From: Bipalium vagum
Taxonomy: Eukaryota
Reading direction: 5' to 3'
DNA: 34,983 nucleotides
Assembly (NCBI GenBank): GCA_037834085.1
Contig: JBBMKC010213918.1
Coordinates: 1-34,983, forward strand
The notes under the pieces are model-generated. The model saw only the letters and a list, made by a program, of their open reading frames with translations, searched no databases and was not told where the DNA came from. The position numbers were made by a program, and so were the translations under genes. Each line of letters starts with the position of its first letter. Within the stretch, counting starts at the first letter, position 1. Below, one piece after another: positions 1-13,258 of this stretch.

Positions 1-74
<74 letters not shown>

Positions 75-167
75 GGTGTTATTATTATTGGTATTATTAG
101 TATTATTGGTGTTATTATTATTGGTATTATTAGTATTATTGGTGTTATTATTATTATTATTATTATT
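1..167. repeat. (TTA)n microsatellite containing a 33-bp higher-order unit (about 2.6 copies)
   Basis: Pure TTA run from base 1. TATTATTGGTGTTATTATTATTGGTATTATTAG then occurs at 68-100 and 101-133, with a partial copy from 134. Confidence 0.95.
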
Positions 168-3100
168 TCGCAAGTTCAATTATTAAAATGAACAGTAGTA
201 ACAAAAATACAAAAGTTTCTATGGTAATGAGTATACAATGAAAAAAACTAATTATGGAAATATCATGATTTTTATATTGAACAGTAATAATAAATGTTAT
301 AAAATACGTAATGGAATTAAAGCGCAAATCTAAATTTTTTTATTATTATTCCATTTTGAAATTCATTCCAGTACATTTTGTTAAATTAAATTTATGACCA
401 TTCGCTCATAGTATAAAATTTTGTAAATTAATTTTAAATAAAAATAAATTATTTAAAATAAAAAATATTGATTGGCAACATCTATCGGTTTTTAATCTAT
501 AAAAGTGAGTTTTAATTTATTAAAAATTGATAATAACATTAAAAATTGATTATTCAAATAAATCTAATCAAACCATAGTAATCCTATATCAATATACAGC
601 ATAAATATACTGTTATTTGAATATGCGGAGATTTCAAAATATTTCAAATAACTCCAAAAAATTTAATAAGATTTATTTTACAACAAATCCATGATTTTCC
701 AGTTTTGTTTAAATTCATTTGATTTCTTTTTCCCAACCCATAATTTTTCTGATTTTCTTTAGCGATTGAAATAATTTGACATCTGTATTTTTCTGTGTAC
801 GTTAGAAGATTTCTCGTTATGTTTCACAAGGCTTCATGCATAACTTGGTTCTTAGGATTTTGTAAACAATGAACTCTTATCTTCTTCGGTATAACAACCA
901 TCCGCAACTAAATCTGAATGAGTCATATTTTCAACAGCTGTTTGTAAATTTAAAATATAAATTTATATTTTATACATATATCAGAATATATTTAAAAGTA
1001 ATAGATTATTAATTAGCACATGTACACTTTAAAAATCTATTAATAACTTCGGTAACTTAAATTTACATATTATAATGAAGTACTCAGATGCAGTTTTAAT
1101 TTATATTTTTTAAAAATTATAATATTAACCTTTCAGATCTGAATAATTATTAACGGATAAAAATATTTTTTTACTTATTCTTGATAAGAAAGACATTTAA
1201 AAAACAGTTACATGATTTTAAAACAATTTCAACTGTTTGATTTATGCGCACACAGAAAATTATTTTAAATAACAGGGTTATAAGACTTAAGACATTATGT
1301 ACACAATTTGGCACATGAGGTCTGCAGGTATTAATAAATACAAAGAAAATGGGGGATAAATTAAATATTTATTGATTTATTGAAATAAATGTATGTGTAA
1401 TATTTATCAAAATTAACTTTTTAAAAATTAAAGTCTATTTGCTTTATAAATTGCTAAAAAACTAAGCGCCATTTTGTTATAACAACTATATTATAATATA
1501 AATTCTTTTTAAAATTAAAAATTCCCATGATTTAATTAATCTTCTTATATTGATGACTGAAGAAGAACTAACATAGTTCGAAACATGTTTTATAATAATA
1601 TTTAAAAATATTTTTTTCAATATTTAAAAAACTGTTTGAAAATACCGTCATTAAAAAATAACTGGAAAGTAAACACTCACAAGATCAAAAATATTATTGA
1701 AATTAGAATTATTGTTAATTATTAAAATTCGATTATTTGATTTTTAAACAACTTTCTTTTTTTAATATATTGATTTTAAATATATTTTAATAAGAATAAT
1801 GTTTTTTTTTTCCAAATTTAATATCAACATCGATAGTTTAAAAAGCGGAAGTAATAGAAGATGAAAAGATAAAATTATTAATTATTAAGGTAAATTATTA
1901 ATTAGAATGTTGATAATAATTATTGTAAATATTATGAATAAATATTATTAATTAATTATGAAAAATATAAAATGGTAGAAATACTAAAAAAATAAAAACT
2001 AAAATTTTTATTAATATTTACAAAATGAATATGAAATAATATTTTTTTCTATAACTTTATTCATTTTAATATTAATTAAATATTTTAATAGAAATATTTC
2101 AGTCAAATAATAGTTAAATTTTTTCCTTGGAATTTCCATTGCCGCACATAAAATTTTGGTTGATATTCTCCCCGTTTTGCAGCTTAATCAAGTTTAATTA
2201 ATTGAAAATCTAATAATAATGATAAATATTAATTTTTAAATTTTTTTCACAAATAAATTCTACATTTTAAAATAAATTAATTAATAAATAAAGAAATAAA
2301 AATTTATTTATTTATTTATTATCCGTATATTATTGTTTTAACAAGTTCAAACAATAAATCTAAACACATCATGGAAACATTATGGAAATATAAATGCTGA
2401 AACAATATAATATTAAAAAAGTTTTCAGAAAAACCTTTGTAATTTTTTTTATTTTTCATTTATTTTTTCATAATATATCAATTTTTATCTCATTAGTTAT
2501 TCTCAATTGAAATTAGAAAAAAAATATATTAAAATTGATACAAAATTGGTTCAGAGCCAAAATTAATTTTTAAAATAATTTATTTGCCGGAGGAGAAAAT
2601 TATTTGGTTTTTTATTATTCAAAAAATTAAATAAAATATAATAAAAATTAAAAAGAAAATTATTATTATTATTATTAAACTAACTGTTTATAAATAAATA
2701 AATAAATATTTATTTATTTAATTAAGTAAATCTCAATGATAATTTGTCTTCAACATAGCATGAAAGTATTTTGAAGAGTTTCTGTTTCGAGTGATAAGGA
2801 AAATTATCATGGGCGCATTGAGGAAGAGACCCGAATTTATGAGAAGTGCTTGCTCAATGATAACAATATATCATTTCCATTGTAATAAAATAGCTAATTT
2901 ATCAGACAAGAGCAAAATATCAATAAAAAGCATAAAATTGATTCTGGAAATCAATTTTTGTGTATTTCTTTTTGAAAATGAAATATTTTGTTTAAATTTT
3001 GCGAATTTTATTTTCAACGAGGGAGTATTAAAATTAATTTGTCTTTTTTTATATATATAATTCTGAACGGTTTTAATGGTTAAAACAATTTTTTTAAATA

Positions 3101-3929
3101 TCGGAATTAAAATATTCAGAACAATGAAAAAAAAATAAAATCAATAATAAAAAATAATAAAATACCATCGTCCTACTTGCCAAGACATTTCTACTGTTGT
3201 TTTAATTAATAAAACATTAATGGATCAATAAATTATTAATCCACTGATTTTTAGTGAAAATGTGGTGATCTTCATTAATTTGTTTCAGCACTACTCCTCT
3301 CTAATCTTTTGGTAGCTCTTAAGAAGATTATTTGAGCATTTATTTTTCACCATCTGTCAAAGGTCAATAGTTTTAATTATTTGTTTGGAATATCACCACG
3401 GGTATATATCGCCCGGGTTCAATATTATTAAGCGTAAGTCAAACCTTTTTAATATTTAATTGACTAGTGAAGGTTGGATCTCTCATCTTTTGGATTGTGT
3501 ATTTTTTCATGAGTATTTCTTTCTACCTATTCTAAAATAGGTAGAGGTGGGTGAAACCTTGGTGCTGCTTATGATAATATTCTGTTTCACAGATGGGAAA
3601 CGAGTGGAAAAATCATTTTAATCCGCATTGTCATCTTAATTTAAATTTCCGAGGAAAACGTCGAGAAAACCGGGATCAGACTAAAAGTTTTGAGAAAGAC
3701 ATATTTGTGTCCATAACTGAGAATTTATTTTCCAGTTATCCAATTTCAAAATCAAAACACTTTTTCGTTCATCCAAACCAACCCTTGAAGTACCGTGTGT
3801 CTATAATGTCTAGAACAAATTGAATTTGATGGTAGATATGCTTAGTAACTACACAAAACTTTTTAATTTTATAATACCAGTAAAATTAGTCAAAAGGAAT
3901 ATTTATTAAAAACAAAAAAATTATGCGTA

Positions 3930-4228
3930 AAGGATTCAAATTTGCATTTTTAAGCAGTTCTAATTTTGTGCATTAATGTTAAAAAGTGACTAAAAATTTA
4001 CTGTGCAGCCAGCCCGAAAACCAAATATATAAGGAGTTCAGATCTGAACTTCGAGGTTGCCGTTCGATATCTAATCATAGATATTTTCTCAAAATTTGAA
4101 GACCGGAAGTTAACGTCGAATGACATTAACATTTTAATTTGATTCAGGGCTAACCATTTTGGAAGTATTTGATCATTAATTTGTGTACTGTTCACAGGAG
4201 AGTTACGTCAGAGTTTTACTATATCCTG
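3930..4228 (-). mobile_element. Highly decayed Tc1/mariner-superfamily transposase remnant
   Basis: Minus strand reads IERQPRSSDLNSLYIWFSGWLHSK, resembling WPPRSPDLNPLDFWFWGxLKSK. A possible terminus TA-CAGGATAT lies at 4228. Boundaries are approximate. Confidence 0.4.
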
Positions 4229-4249
4229 TATCCCTTTTACAATAGAAAA

Positions 4250-4550
4250 AAATGACTGATTGTATTGATGCTTCTAATGTGATGATCCAACGTCTTTTTA
4301 CCGAAGATCTCCATTTAAAGTGGAAAACAGCAAAGTGGCACCACACATTTTGTCACAAATCTATTCAAAAATCGTGTCTCATCAGAAAAACGAGTATATA
4401 TACGTCTCTCAAAGATTTAGTATATAGGACGGAAAACGTCTTCACCAAAAAGGATTTATGGGTTGAAATTAAGAACTAAATCTATTTCACCAATGTAAGA
4501 AAACTGGACATGATTAAATACTTCTATGACAACATTAATGAGAGATTTTT
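4250..4550 (+). mobile_element. Decayed, internally deleted Tc1/mariner-like remnant
   Basis: IQRLFTEDLHLKWKTAKW/PHILS resembles the linker ending in WVPHxL. SLKDLVY...TKKDLW resembles a transposase C-terminal segment. No TIRs were identified. Confidence 0.35.
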
Positions 4551-4921
4551 TAATGAATCAATGAAATAATCAAAATGTCTTGCTATTTCTTCCACAGTGT
4601 TCGTTTTTATATATTTATTTAGGAAAATTAGATATGTCCAAAAACTTGACCAAATAATTTCATCAATTTATTGAGTGCATCTTACATGAAAGATTATTAT
4701 ATCTCGTAAACAATTATTTTCTTTTACTATTGAAGGAGTTTCGAAAGTACTTTAATAATTGACGTTTACGACTTAACAGTTATTTTCTACTTGTTTCGTT
4801 AGTTTCACATAAACCATAACAAATAAAAATTGTTGAATAAATTTGAATGAAATATAATCATTGTTTACATTATATTATATTATTATATTATATTACATTT
4901 AGTGTTAATTTACTTGTTGTA

Positions 4922-5282
4922 CGTGGGTTAATCAAAAGATTGTTGCAAATTTTAAGTTTCTGCTACATTTTTTGTTTTTAACACATGTATTAATCGTTTA
5001 TTGACATTTGTTTAAATTTAAAGATGAAAAAAATCAATGAAAGAAAATCGTTTTGAGACAATTGTAGAATGAAATTGTAATAAAAGTAAAATATGTGAGA
5101 GATCTAAATGACATGCAAAAATTTGCTTTTGAGAAGTTCTTTGAAGACGGGGATAAAAGATGGAACAAGTGAATTACATCTGATGGGAACTATTTTAAAG
5201 GAAACAACATAAAAATTTATGATTTTCCATAATTATTGTTTTTGAGAAAAAATTTCTGTACGAATTTTTTGATCAACCCACG
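4922..5282 (+). mobile_element. Non-autonomous mariner deletion derivative (MITE-like, 361 bp)
   Basis: TIRs CGTGGGTT(A/G)ATCAAAA(G/A)ATT at both ends, flanked by TA at 4920-4921 and 5283-5284. The interior encodes only a mariner-type C-terminus, QKFAFEKFFEDGDKRWNK*ITSDGNYFKG. Confidence 0.8.
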
Positions 5283-5532
5283 TATATTTAATTTTGTCCT
5301 TAAAAAAAAAATAATAATAATAATTAGATATATTAAAAATTATTAAAAATAATATTATAATTTATTAAATAATTTTATTTTAATTAAAGATTATTAAAAA
5401 TTCTTCAATTAAAAAAAAAGAAACAATTTCATATTCAAATAATAAAAAAAGTCAGCTTGATAATTTTAATTAAATATAAATAATATTTGAGCCATAATTA
5501 ATTTTCCAGCCATGTAATATTAATTTTCCCGT

Positions 5533-5739
5533 TTATATTGTCTTTGAATTTGCCTCTTTTTCAATGACAGACTGAATTTTTATAAATGGGTTGACCGAGG
5601 TAATAGCTCTGCGACGTTCTCCCAATAAGTCTACATCGACCTCTTGACCGTCGAGCGCTAAGGAAGTGGGCAAATATGCCATTGCTAATGATTTATTGAC
5701 TTGAAAGCCGAAACTTCCTGAAGTGATATTCCCGACCAC
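5533..5739 (-). CDS. DMGDH: Dimethylglycine dehydrogenase, terminal coding exon (GCV_T C-terminal barrel)
   Basis: Acceptor ttacag|GTG, phase 0. Encodes VVGNITSGSFGFQVNKSLAMAYLP...GQEVDVDLLGERRRA...SKTI-stop, matching the DMGDH C-terminus (VVGNTTSG...KSLAFAYVP). Confidence 0.93.
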   Translation of the reverse strand: MVGNITSGSFGFQVNKSLAMAYLPTSLALDGQEVDVDLLGERRRAITSVNPFIKIQSVIEKEANSKTI

Positions 5740-6559
5740 CTGTAATTATTTATTTATTTATTTATTTATTTAACATTGCCCAAGAAAAAGAGAGTTTCAA
5801 AATTTTGCAAATTCAACTAGAGGATTTTTGTCGAATATTTCCAAGTGAATATTTCCCAATTTTCCTCGAAATTGCAAAATTTGAAAGAAAAAATTATTTT
5901 TATATAATTATATATTTTTTGCTTCATTTTCAGAGTATGTGAATAATTATATCAGTTCTCCATATAATTGATTCTGCCTTTACGATCTCCATGAATCTAA
6001 CAGAAAATCGGAGGAGATGTTTTTTTATTCAGATTTTTCCCCTGTAAAACCGATCAGCAGATTTTATGGATTATCATGACACAAACGTTGTCGAATGTCA
6101 ATTCTTCCAATAGACGTTGGAGAAATGAATTTCATTTATAAATAAAAGTAAAATTGTTTTCCATTTTTTTCATCAAATATTGACAAATGTCAGTCAATTT
6201 TTGGAAAAGACTTCGCAAAACTAATTTGTCATTTTTCTAAAGGAAATTTTTTACAAAGAACTCTGTCAGTTTCTGTTTTTTGGGAATTTTTTTCTTCCTT
6301 TAAAACTCCACAAAAATTTGTGTAAACATTTGCAACATGAAATTAAATGTTATATGTGTAATCCTTGTGAAATTATTATTATTTTTAATGATTATAAATA
6401 AGTTGGCAAATTTACATGATGCAACAGAAACTTGAGAACAATGATTTGTTTTAATATATTATATTATTTATTCGAGTGGCAAAAATATCAATCACAATAT
6501 TTGATATTGCAATGTTTAATTAATATGTTCTTATTTTATGTTAAATATGGAAAATATTT

Positions 6560-6830
6560 ATGGAAAATTTCTTTTAATCTCACACAGGACATGGAAACAC
6601 ATGTTGCACTAGTTGCCGGACACAATGATTTACAATTTTTAAAGTTTCTGAATTTAGTCAGACTCTTAGCTTTTAAAACCAGGAATAATTTCCTGTATCT
6701 TATGAAAATTAACTTTGTTTTGCAAAAAAAAACGATTTTCAGCACTTTCAGATCAAATGAGAAATGATGATCTTGCTGAGCAAGTACAGAGCGTCATTGA
6801 TGACGATCCGGAAACATCAATGAGAAATTT
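6560..6830 (+). mobile_element. maT/DD37D-like transposase 5' remnant
   Basis: LTQDMETHVALVAGHNDLQFLKFLNLVR and, in another frame, DLAEQVQSVIDDDPETSMRNL resemble maT N-terminal HTH regions. A possible terminus CATTTGGCACCACCTG lies at 7761-7776. Confidence 0.45.
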
Positions 6831-7029
6831 ATTTTATGAAATAATAAATTAGAATAAATTCTGTATCAAAGAAATTTCTTTTCAAGTACAAAAATGATGA
6901 AAATATCCAGTACATGCATTTCTATTTTTTATTAAACAAAATAAATGTTTCCAATTTTCATTGCTCAATCCCCCGTGTTTAAAAATTATTAAAGACACGA
7001 GTACTGAAGATATATTAATGTTTTCCGTA

Positions 7030-7680
7030 AAAGAAAACTCCAGTAGCACTTTTACATATCAGAGATTGTTTGGAAATATTGCAGTTTATGGAAGATAGTC
7101 CGGGAAAAATGTTTTCAAAAAGAACCTCATGGTAGACCATAGCAGTTTTAGATTACAACTATGAAGATTTACTGAGAAAAATTTATGCAAAAAAGCTCTA
7201 TTCAAAACTAATAAAAATGTATGTTCACAGAAATCCGCTTTGGATAGTTTTGTGAAATCACTGAAATATAAAATACACATGACCTGACTGAAAACAATTA
7301 GACTTTTTAGAACTTGAGTTTTTTTCTTATAGAATATCATCTTTGATGAAAAATTGGCTTTTTTCGACAGTGGCAAGAGATTCTTTAAATGACAAAACAA
7401 AATAATCTTCAAAATCCATTCCAAAACTCTTTTCATTCAAAGAAGTTGTTAATATTTTTGTTTAAGTGCTTACGGGGTCATTGGTCATGTCCTCCTGGTA
7501 AGAAGTAAAGTTATTAAATTTAGTACTCAAGATCAATATATGGACGAAACACAGAAAAAGGGAAAGGTATTATATCTAAAAAGGAACTTTCATTTTTGCT
7601 GGGTGTTGTCAGATATAACTACACATTGGAAATTCTTCGACTGAAACCATATTCTTTAGACTTAGGCCCGAAATTCTTTA
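7030..7680 (+). mobile_element. Very decayed mariner remnant
   Basis: Fragments EPHGRP, FL*NIIFDEKLAFFDSGKR (like ITGDEKWVFYDNxKR) and GVIGHVLL occur in mariner order, with many stops and indels. Confidence 0.4.
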
Positions 7681-8126
7681 TTTATTTATATAATATTAAT
7701 AAATAAATAAATCTTATTATTGCATACTTTTTGTAAAATTGTAAAAAGTAATTTCATTAACATTTGGCACCACCTGACAGTGTTCAATGTTCATATCGTA
7801 ATTATAACGTGATTATTTATTTATATAATAACATTTTGTTTATATTACTTTGCGAAATAATTCAGAATTGATTATTAAACTTTGATTTACCAATGAAAAA
7901 AGATTTTCATTTTGAATGATAAATAATCTTAACCAATGTCTTTAATTAATAAATAAATTGTTTTAATAAAGTCATTTATACTTTAATAATTCTTTATTCA
8001 TTGGCTTAAAGATTTTTAAAAAAATTTATTGAGGTAAATTATTAATTAGTTTAAATAATTTAAATGCTGTGATAACGTAGATATTCTTATTAATTATGAG
8101 AATTTTTGAATTTAAAACTTAATTTA

Positions 8127-8164
<38 letters not shown>

Positions 8165-8215
8165 GAAAAATAATATAATAATATAAATAATAATAAAAGT
8201 AATAATAATAATAAT
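8127..8215. repeat. (AAT)n microsatellite, degenerate on the right
   Basis: About 12 pure AAT units to 8163, followed by interrupted AAT units. Confidence 0.9.
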
Positions 8216-8512
8216 TTTTGTAAATGGTGTGCAACAAGTATCTCAGATTGAAGAAATCTACCTAAGGTTATAAAATGGAATTTCATTGCATCAGATATCC
8301 ATGATTCAATCTTCTGGTGATGATTCGATAAATAAACGGTTCCATATGGTAGCATATTGCTTGGTGTCTGGAGGTTTTAGGCTGCATTTTTTAAACGATT
8401 TTCTTTGATATTTTCGCTTAGCACAAAGTTTTCGACCACAGGGTGTCGAGATAATTTTGATATAATAAAAAGGATTGTTTTCCTATATTTTTGATACACG
8501 ATGTGCTATATA

Positions 8513-10071
8513 TAGTGGTGGTAAAAATTCTTGCATCACCACAAGAAAAATACAATTTTTAACAGAAAAATTTTTGGGACAATATTGTATGAAATTTGTA
8601 GCCACACTTCACATATTATATTAAAAGAAATAAATAATTTGTGCCGGATAAAAGTTTGCTAAAACAATAAACACACGATATCTACAATATATGCTTTATT
8701 TATAACATGCTACACAAATGCTTTTTACCATAATATAGAAAAATAACATATTTTTTAAAATATTTATCTGCTCAGCACTTGTTCTTTACTACTAATTTAC
8801 ATCATGTCGACATTGAGTTTACTAATTTCTTCAATTCCGCTTTTGTGTTGCAATGAAACCAAGCATTACATAATGTTTCACTTAAATCTTTTTTATTCTT
8901 TGGTTTCCTTTTATAAATAATATTGCCAACACTTTGCGGCAGATTTTCGATTGGATTAAGATCAGGTGACTGTGTGGGCCACTTCAATCTTTGAATACTA
9001 TTGTCTTCTAACCAATTTTGAACAATTTTGTCCTGTGACATGGAGCATTATCGTCTTGAAAAATAAATTCTTTGTCTTTAAAAAGGTCCTCCCTACTTGG
9101 CAGCATATTTCAAGTCAAAACCAGTTATCGTTCCTGACAAGATATACAATCTTCAAAGGCCAGCAGATGATGTGCAGCCTCATATCATGCTTAATGCTTA
9201 ATCGTTGGTAAAATACACTTCCATCAAAATTCTTCATTTCCGCTGTGATTAATGATGGTAAATGTAGATTCTTCACTAAACCAAACACTATTCCATTCTT
9301 CTAAAGTCCACTGAAGGTGTACTTTGGCCCACCTTAAGCGATGCAATTGTTGCTTTTCTGTTAATAATAGCGTTTTTCTGGGACAACAGCCACGAAGTCC
9401 AAAACTTTCGAGCCTTTCGCTTACAGTTGAAGTGCATAAGGTCACTCCTGTTGATTCAGACCATAACTTGGTTAAGTCTATAGAATTCAGACTTCTATCT
9501 GCCCAGCAATACCTTCTTAAAATGGCTTCGTCTCTCGAGGACGTTTTTTTGGACGTTCGATTCGATGTTTATCTTCAATGTATTTTTTAATTATCCTCGT
9601 AACTGATGATTGGTTACATTTTACTATATAAGCAATTTCGCGAGTAAATTTCTCTTCTCCATGGTGTAAAACAATGAAGTAACGTATTTCGAAAGTTAAT
9701 TTCATTGAGATATGGATTACTAAACAAGTTATAAAAATCTTAACCATTTATGAAATGTTATGGTTTATACTTACTAGTATGTTATAGTTCTCTACGACCA
9801 AGTGGTTTCCAGTAAATAACAAATTTATAATATTTGTAATAAGACCGGTAGAGGATAAATATAATTTTACATTATTCTACTTTAATAATCGTTTATATCA
9901 AAATTATTTTAAAACAGGAAAACAAATTGACACCTTTTATGCACAAATATTACGATCATTTAAATTTATTTTATTATATTATTAAGTTCTAACATAAAAT
10001 AATCCTCATATCGGGATAAAAGCTTTAAAAAATTAAAACTTTTGAGTGATGCAAGACTTTTACCAACCCTG
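8513..10071 (-). mobile_element. Full-length Tc1-family (DD34E) transposon with a disrupted transposase
   Basis: Imperfect TIRs: left (T)AGTGGTGGTAAAAATTCTTGCATCAC, right reverse complement CAGGGTTGGTAAAAGTCTTGCATCAC. TA flanks at 8511-8512 and 10072-10073. Frameshifted motifs REIAYIVKCNQSSVTRII, RLRWAK, WFSEESTF, FQDDNAPCH and WPTQSPDLNPIENL. Confidence 0.92.
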
Positions 10072-10696
10072 TAAGGAACCGAACATTTGATTTAAATTAT
10101 ATACTAAAATTTTCATTTGTTTAAGCTAATCTTTAATGTAAAATTACATCATTCATCATTGAAAATCATCAAAAATTATTTTATTCTGGTAACAGCTTTG
10201 AATTCTATTGGCATTTAAATAAAGGTATTACTGATAATTTTCCCGATTTAAGTGGCGCACCCTGTATATGAATTTCTTGTACCAATATTTGTTAGTAGTC
10301 CAGGTAAAAGCATTCATTCTCTAAACCTTAGAAATTTCCTTCTCGTTCAACTTACTTAAATCGATTAAAACAAAATAGCATTAGATGGCCTTAATGATGT
10401 TTTTGATCGTCTTCGCATTGCATTTCAAAGCCACAAGATTTAACTAAAATGAAATGCCACAAAGAACTATACTGTATCTCTTAACTTAATATCTTTGGTA
10501 TTAAATAAATATGATACCGTAAAACAAAACCATAAAATAATAAACTTAAAAAAAATCATTTTACAACCTAATAAATAAGAAGAGTATTAAAAGTGACTTG
10601 GAAGAAAACGATAGAAATGTGTCAAAATTGTTTTATAATACTTTCTAAAAGTTTTCAGAAAAAAGTGGATTTAAAAATATATAAAGAAATGTAAAC

Positions 10697-10831
10697 CTTA
10701 TCCTTGAGAAAGACTGACTCGTCACCAGTAGCATCAGCATTATTGGCATCAATTTTTAAAAAGACTAACTTCCTTTCAAGGGGTCTGCTGAGAATTTCAC
10801 ATATAGCCTTTTTCCCTATAAAATCGCTTGG
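10697..10831 (-). CDS. DMGDH: Dimethylglycine dehydrogenase, penultimate exon (135 bp; not in the ORF track)
   Basis: ttttag|CCA ... AAG|gtttac, phase 0-0. Encodes PSDFIGKKAICEILSRPLERKLVFLKIDANNADATGDESVFLKDK, like DMGDH PADFIGKQAL...GNESI. Confidence 0.92.
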
Positions 10832-12178
10832 CTAAAAGTATAATAATAATAAAATATTATTATTTTAAAACATGATCATTAATCTTAATTTTCCATATCA
10901 GCATGAGCTTTTAACGCTACCTTAAAAGTAATGTTTAATACTTTTAATATTTTATTATTTAATATATATATTAGAACATTAAACAAATTTAAAAAATATA
11001 CAAAAAAATATAAAAATAAAGTTTTAAAATTATATTTCTATTAATAATATAAAGATTTGAAATGATAATCAGGATATATTATTTCATCCTTGCGACCAAG
11101 TCAATTTATGAACTTCAACACCACTTGCATGTAAAATTATATGAAAATATAAATAAAATGTCGAAATCAAGATATGTCTCACATTTCTCATCGTTGAAGA
11201 CAGAAATGTTGCCTTAAGAATGCACATGCAAACCTTCTCCTAATTCACAATATTCATCTGCAAAGTAAGCAGTGAAACATCTTTTTCCAACAGAAAAATA
11301 AATAAATAATTCGAAAGTAATATTTCGTCATCATGAGAAGGTGGCCGATATCGTTTTCAAATTATTCAAGTTTTTTATTAATTATTTTTCACTGTGATAA
11401 TTCGTCGAAGTTTCGTGAGAAGTAAAATATAAATATATTATTTGCAACTAACAAAGTATTATATCCTCATTTTCAATAAAAAGGCACCTCTTATTATTTA
11501 AAATAATTTTTTTGTTTAACCAATCTAATTTAATCACATTACCAAAATTTTGTATACAAATCATTTAAATTGGTAAGTAAACAATTCATTAATGATAAAA
11601 GTACTCATATTACATTTAGCACTATGACCGGAATAAGAAAAGCCCAATAATAGGACTTCATGAATGTAAAATACGTTTTATAGAAATCGCTCAATTTTTG
11701 ATAACAAATCACTCTAATATTTTAAGGGCATGAAATGCGTGGTGTGAGGAAGGTTAGCATCATTGTTTCATTAGCAGTGAACAACATTGAAGAACCACAA
11801 AAGTGAAGATAGGCCTTTCCATCTGTTAGACTCAGATTTAGGTGGACCATAAAATTGACATAAATTTAAAAATGAGTTTTCAGAAAGCAGTGTTCATCAG
11901 TAGTACATATTGAATATCGAGTAATATTGGTCTGGTATCATACCACCATAGAGATGTTTACCATTGACCTCACATTGACTTTTTTGGTTGCGGTGCAGTA
12001 TGTGACTCAATTGACAAGTTTTTTAAAGCTATCCAACACACCTTATGTAACGCAGAATCGTTTTTGATGTTCTTCTGTTTATCATTGTCAATATTTCCAT
12101 GGTCATTGGGGCAGTTTCAATCATTAATGATTACAAAAGTATTGTTAGATTTTTATAATATATTTAATTTAAAATATA

Positions 12179-12715
12179 TTGGGTCGTATTTTGATGATTA
12201 TAAGACTTCAGATTGTGTTTCGGAGATTCATTCTTAACCAACCTCTGTGCTGAACAGTGCCCATTGTCATCGGATCTATTTTTCATCACAAGTGATAACT
12301 CGATTTAAAAACGAATCACATTTGTGACGAGAAGGCAACATCAAGAAAGCTTCTAGACACCTTTTTTCTGGTTTTCATTCAGGTCATGTAAAACCCATTT
12401 ATCTAACTTTTTCACTTTACCGATTTAAGTTAAATGGGTTAATATTGTTTATTTGCTGACACCTAATTTCAATGATAATTCATAGACCCTTTGAGATGGG
12501 TCAGACTCAACAGTGGCCTTTAGTTCTTCATTACAGACCTTCGATTCTGGGCGACCGCGTGATTCATTTGTCAGGCGAAATTTTGAGAATCAATTCTAAC
12601 TGTCTGCTGTGAAGTAACATTAGAGCCAAATACACTATCAATATCTCGCGCGGTCTGCGATACCGTTGTTCCATGGAAAAACTCATTTAATAATGGTATG
12701 AATTTCAGAGCTTTT
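12179..12715 (-). mobile_element. Cecropia-subfamily-like mariner, 5' half of the transposase, decayed
   Basis: Fragments SQTARDIDSVFG, ESRGRPESKVCNEELKATVESDPSQ, KKLDKWVLHDL and FLNRVITCDEK. KKLDKWVPHEL and TCDEKW are typical of Hsmar1/Dtmar1-type mariners. Confidence 0.82.
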
Positions 12716-12852
12716 AAAAATTAAATAAATAATAAAATTTTCAGTCTACAAAAATAGTAACATTATCAAAATGTTGAGTAAATGAAAATACTTGGAAATA
12801 AGTTAAATAAAATAGTTCAGATAAACAATATTAAACAAATTGAAAAACATAC

Positions 12853-12912
12853 TTTTTTATGTTTCACGAAAAAATTCAGCCCAGCTTCAATAGGATTGGT
12901 ATCCATCGTCAT
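12853..12912 (-). CDS. DMGDH: Dimethylglycine dehydrogenase, internal exon (60 bp; not in the ORF track)
   Basis: atttag|ATG ... AAA|gtatgt, phase 0-0. Encodes MTMDTNPIEAGLNFFVKHKK, like DMGDH MNCDTNPLEAGLEYFVK. Confidence 0.93.
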
Positions 12913-13258
12913 CTAAATAAAAACATTCATTAAATATTGCAAGACTAATTTTACATATCCCGGGGATTCTAAAAAAATTGATTAATGAAAAATGTTTGCT
13001 TTTAAATTTTTTTCTAATCTTTTAATACTAATCTGTGAAAACATGCAAATAAGTAAAAAAAATTATATATTATCCTAATTTACTATCCGAATTTAGTTTT
13101 AAAAGAATTTTTTTCATAAAAATTTATGTATAAAATTAAAAAATAAAATTTTTCTTTTTAATTTATATTTAGATATAAAATAAATAAATAAAATGTATAA
13201 AATTTATTTGCATCAATTTTATTTATTGATTTCATTTTGTTTTAAACTCATAACTAAC

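Noticed and set aside
1-170. Poly-Asn/Thr coding exon on the minus strand
   Set aside because: There is an in-frame TAA just upstream and no acceptor AG between it and the repeat; this is a simple triplet repeat.
3522-3545. 10-bp stem-loop as a Helitron 3' hairpin or terminator
   Set aside because: There is no CTRR end at the expected distance on either strand, the stem is AT-rich, and the context is eukaryotic.
4035-4050. Perfect 16-bp palindrome AGTTCAGATCTGAACT
   Set aside because: It falls within the decayed RSPDLN transposase motif; it is short and probably incidental.
5533-5547. Peroxisomal targeting signal at the DMGDH C-terminus
   Set aside because: The terminal tripeptide is KTI, not an SKL-type PTS1.
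8119-8355. ORF with poly-Leu/poly-Tyr
   Set aside because: It is a translation of the (AAT)n microsatellite.
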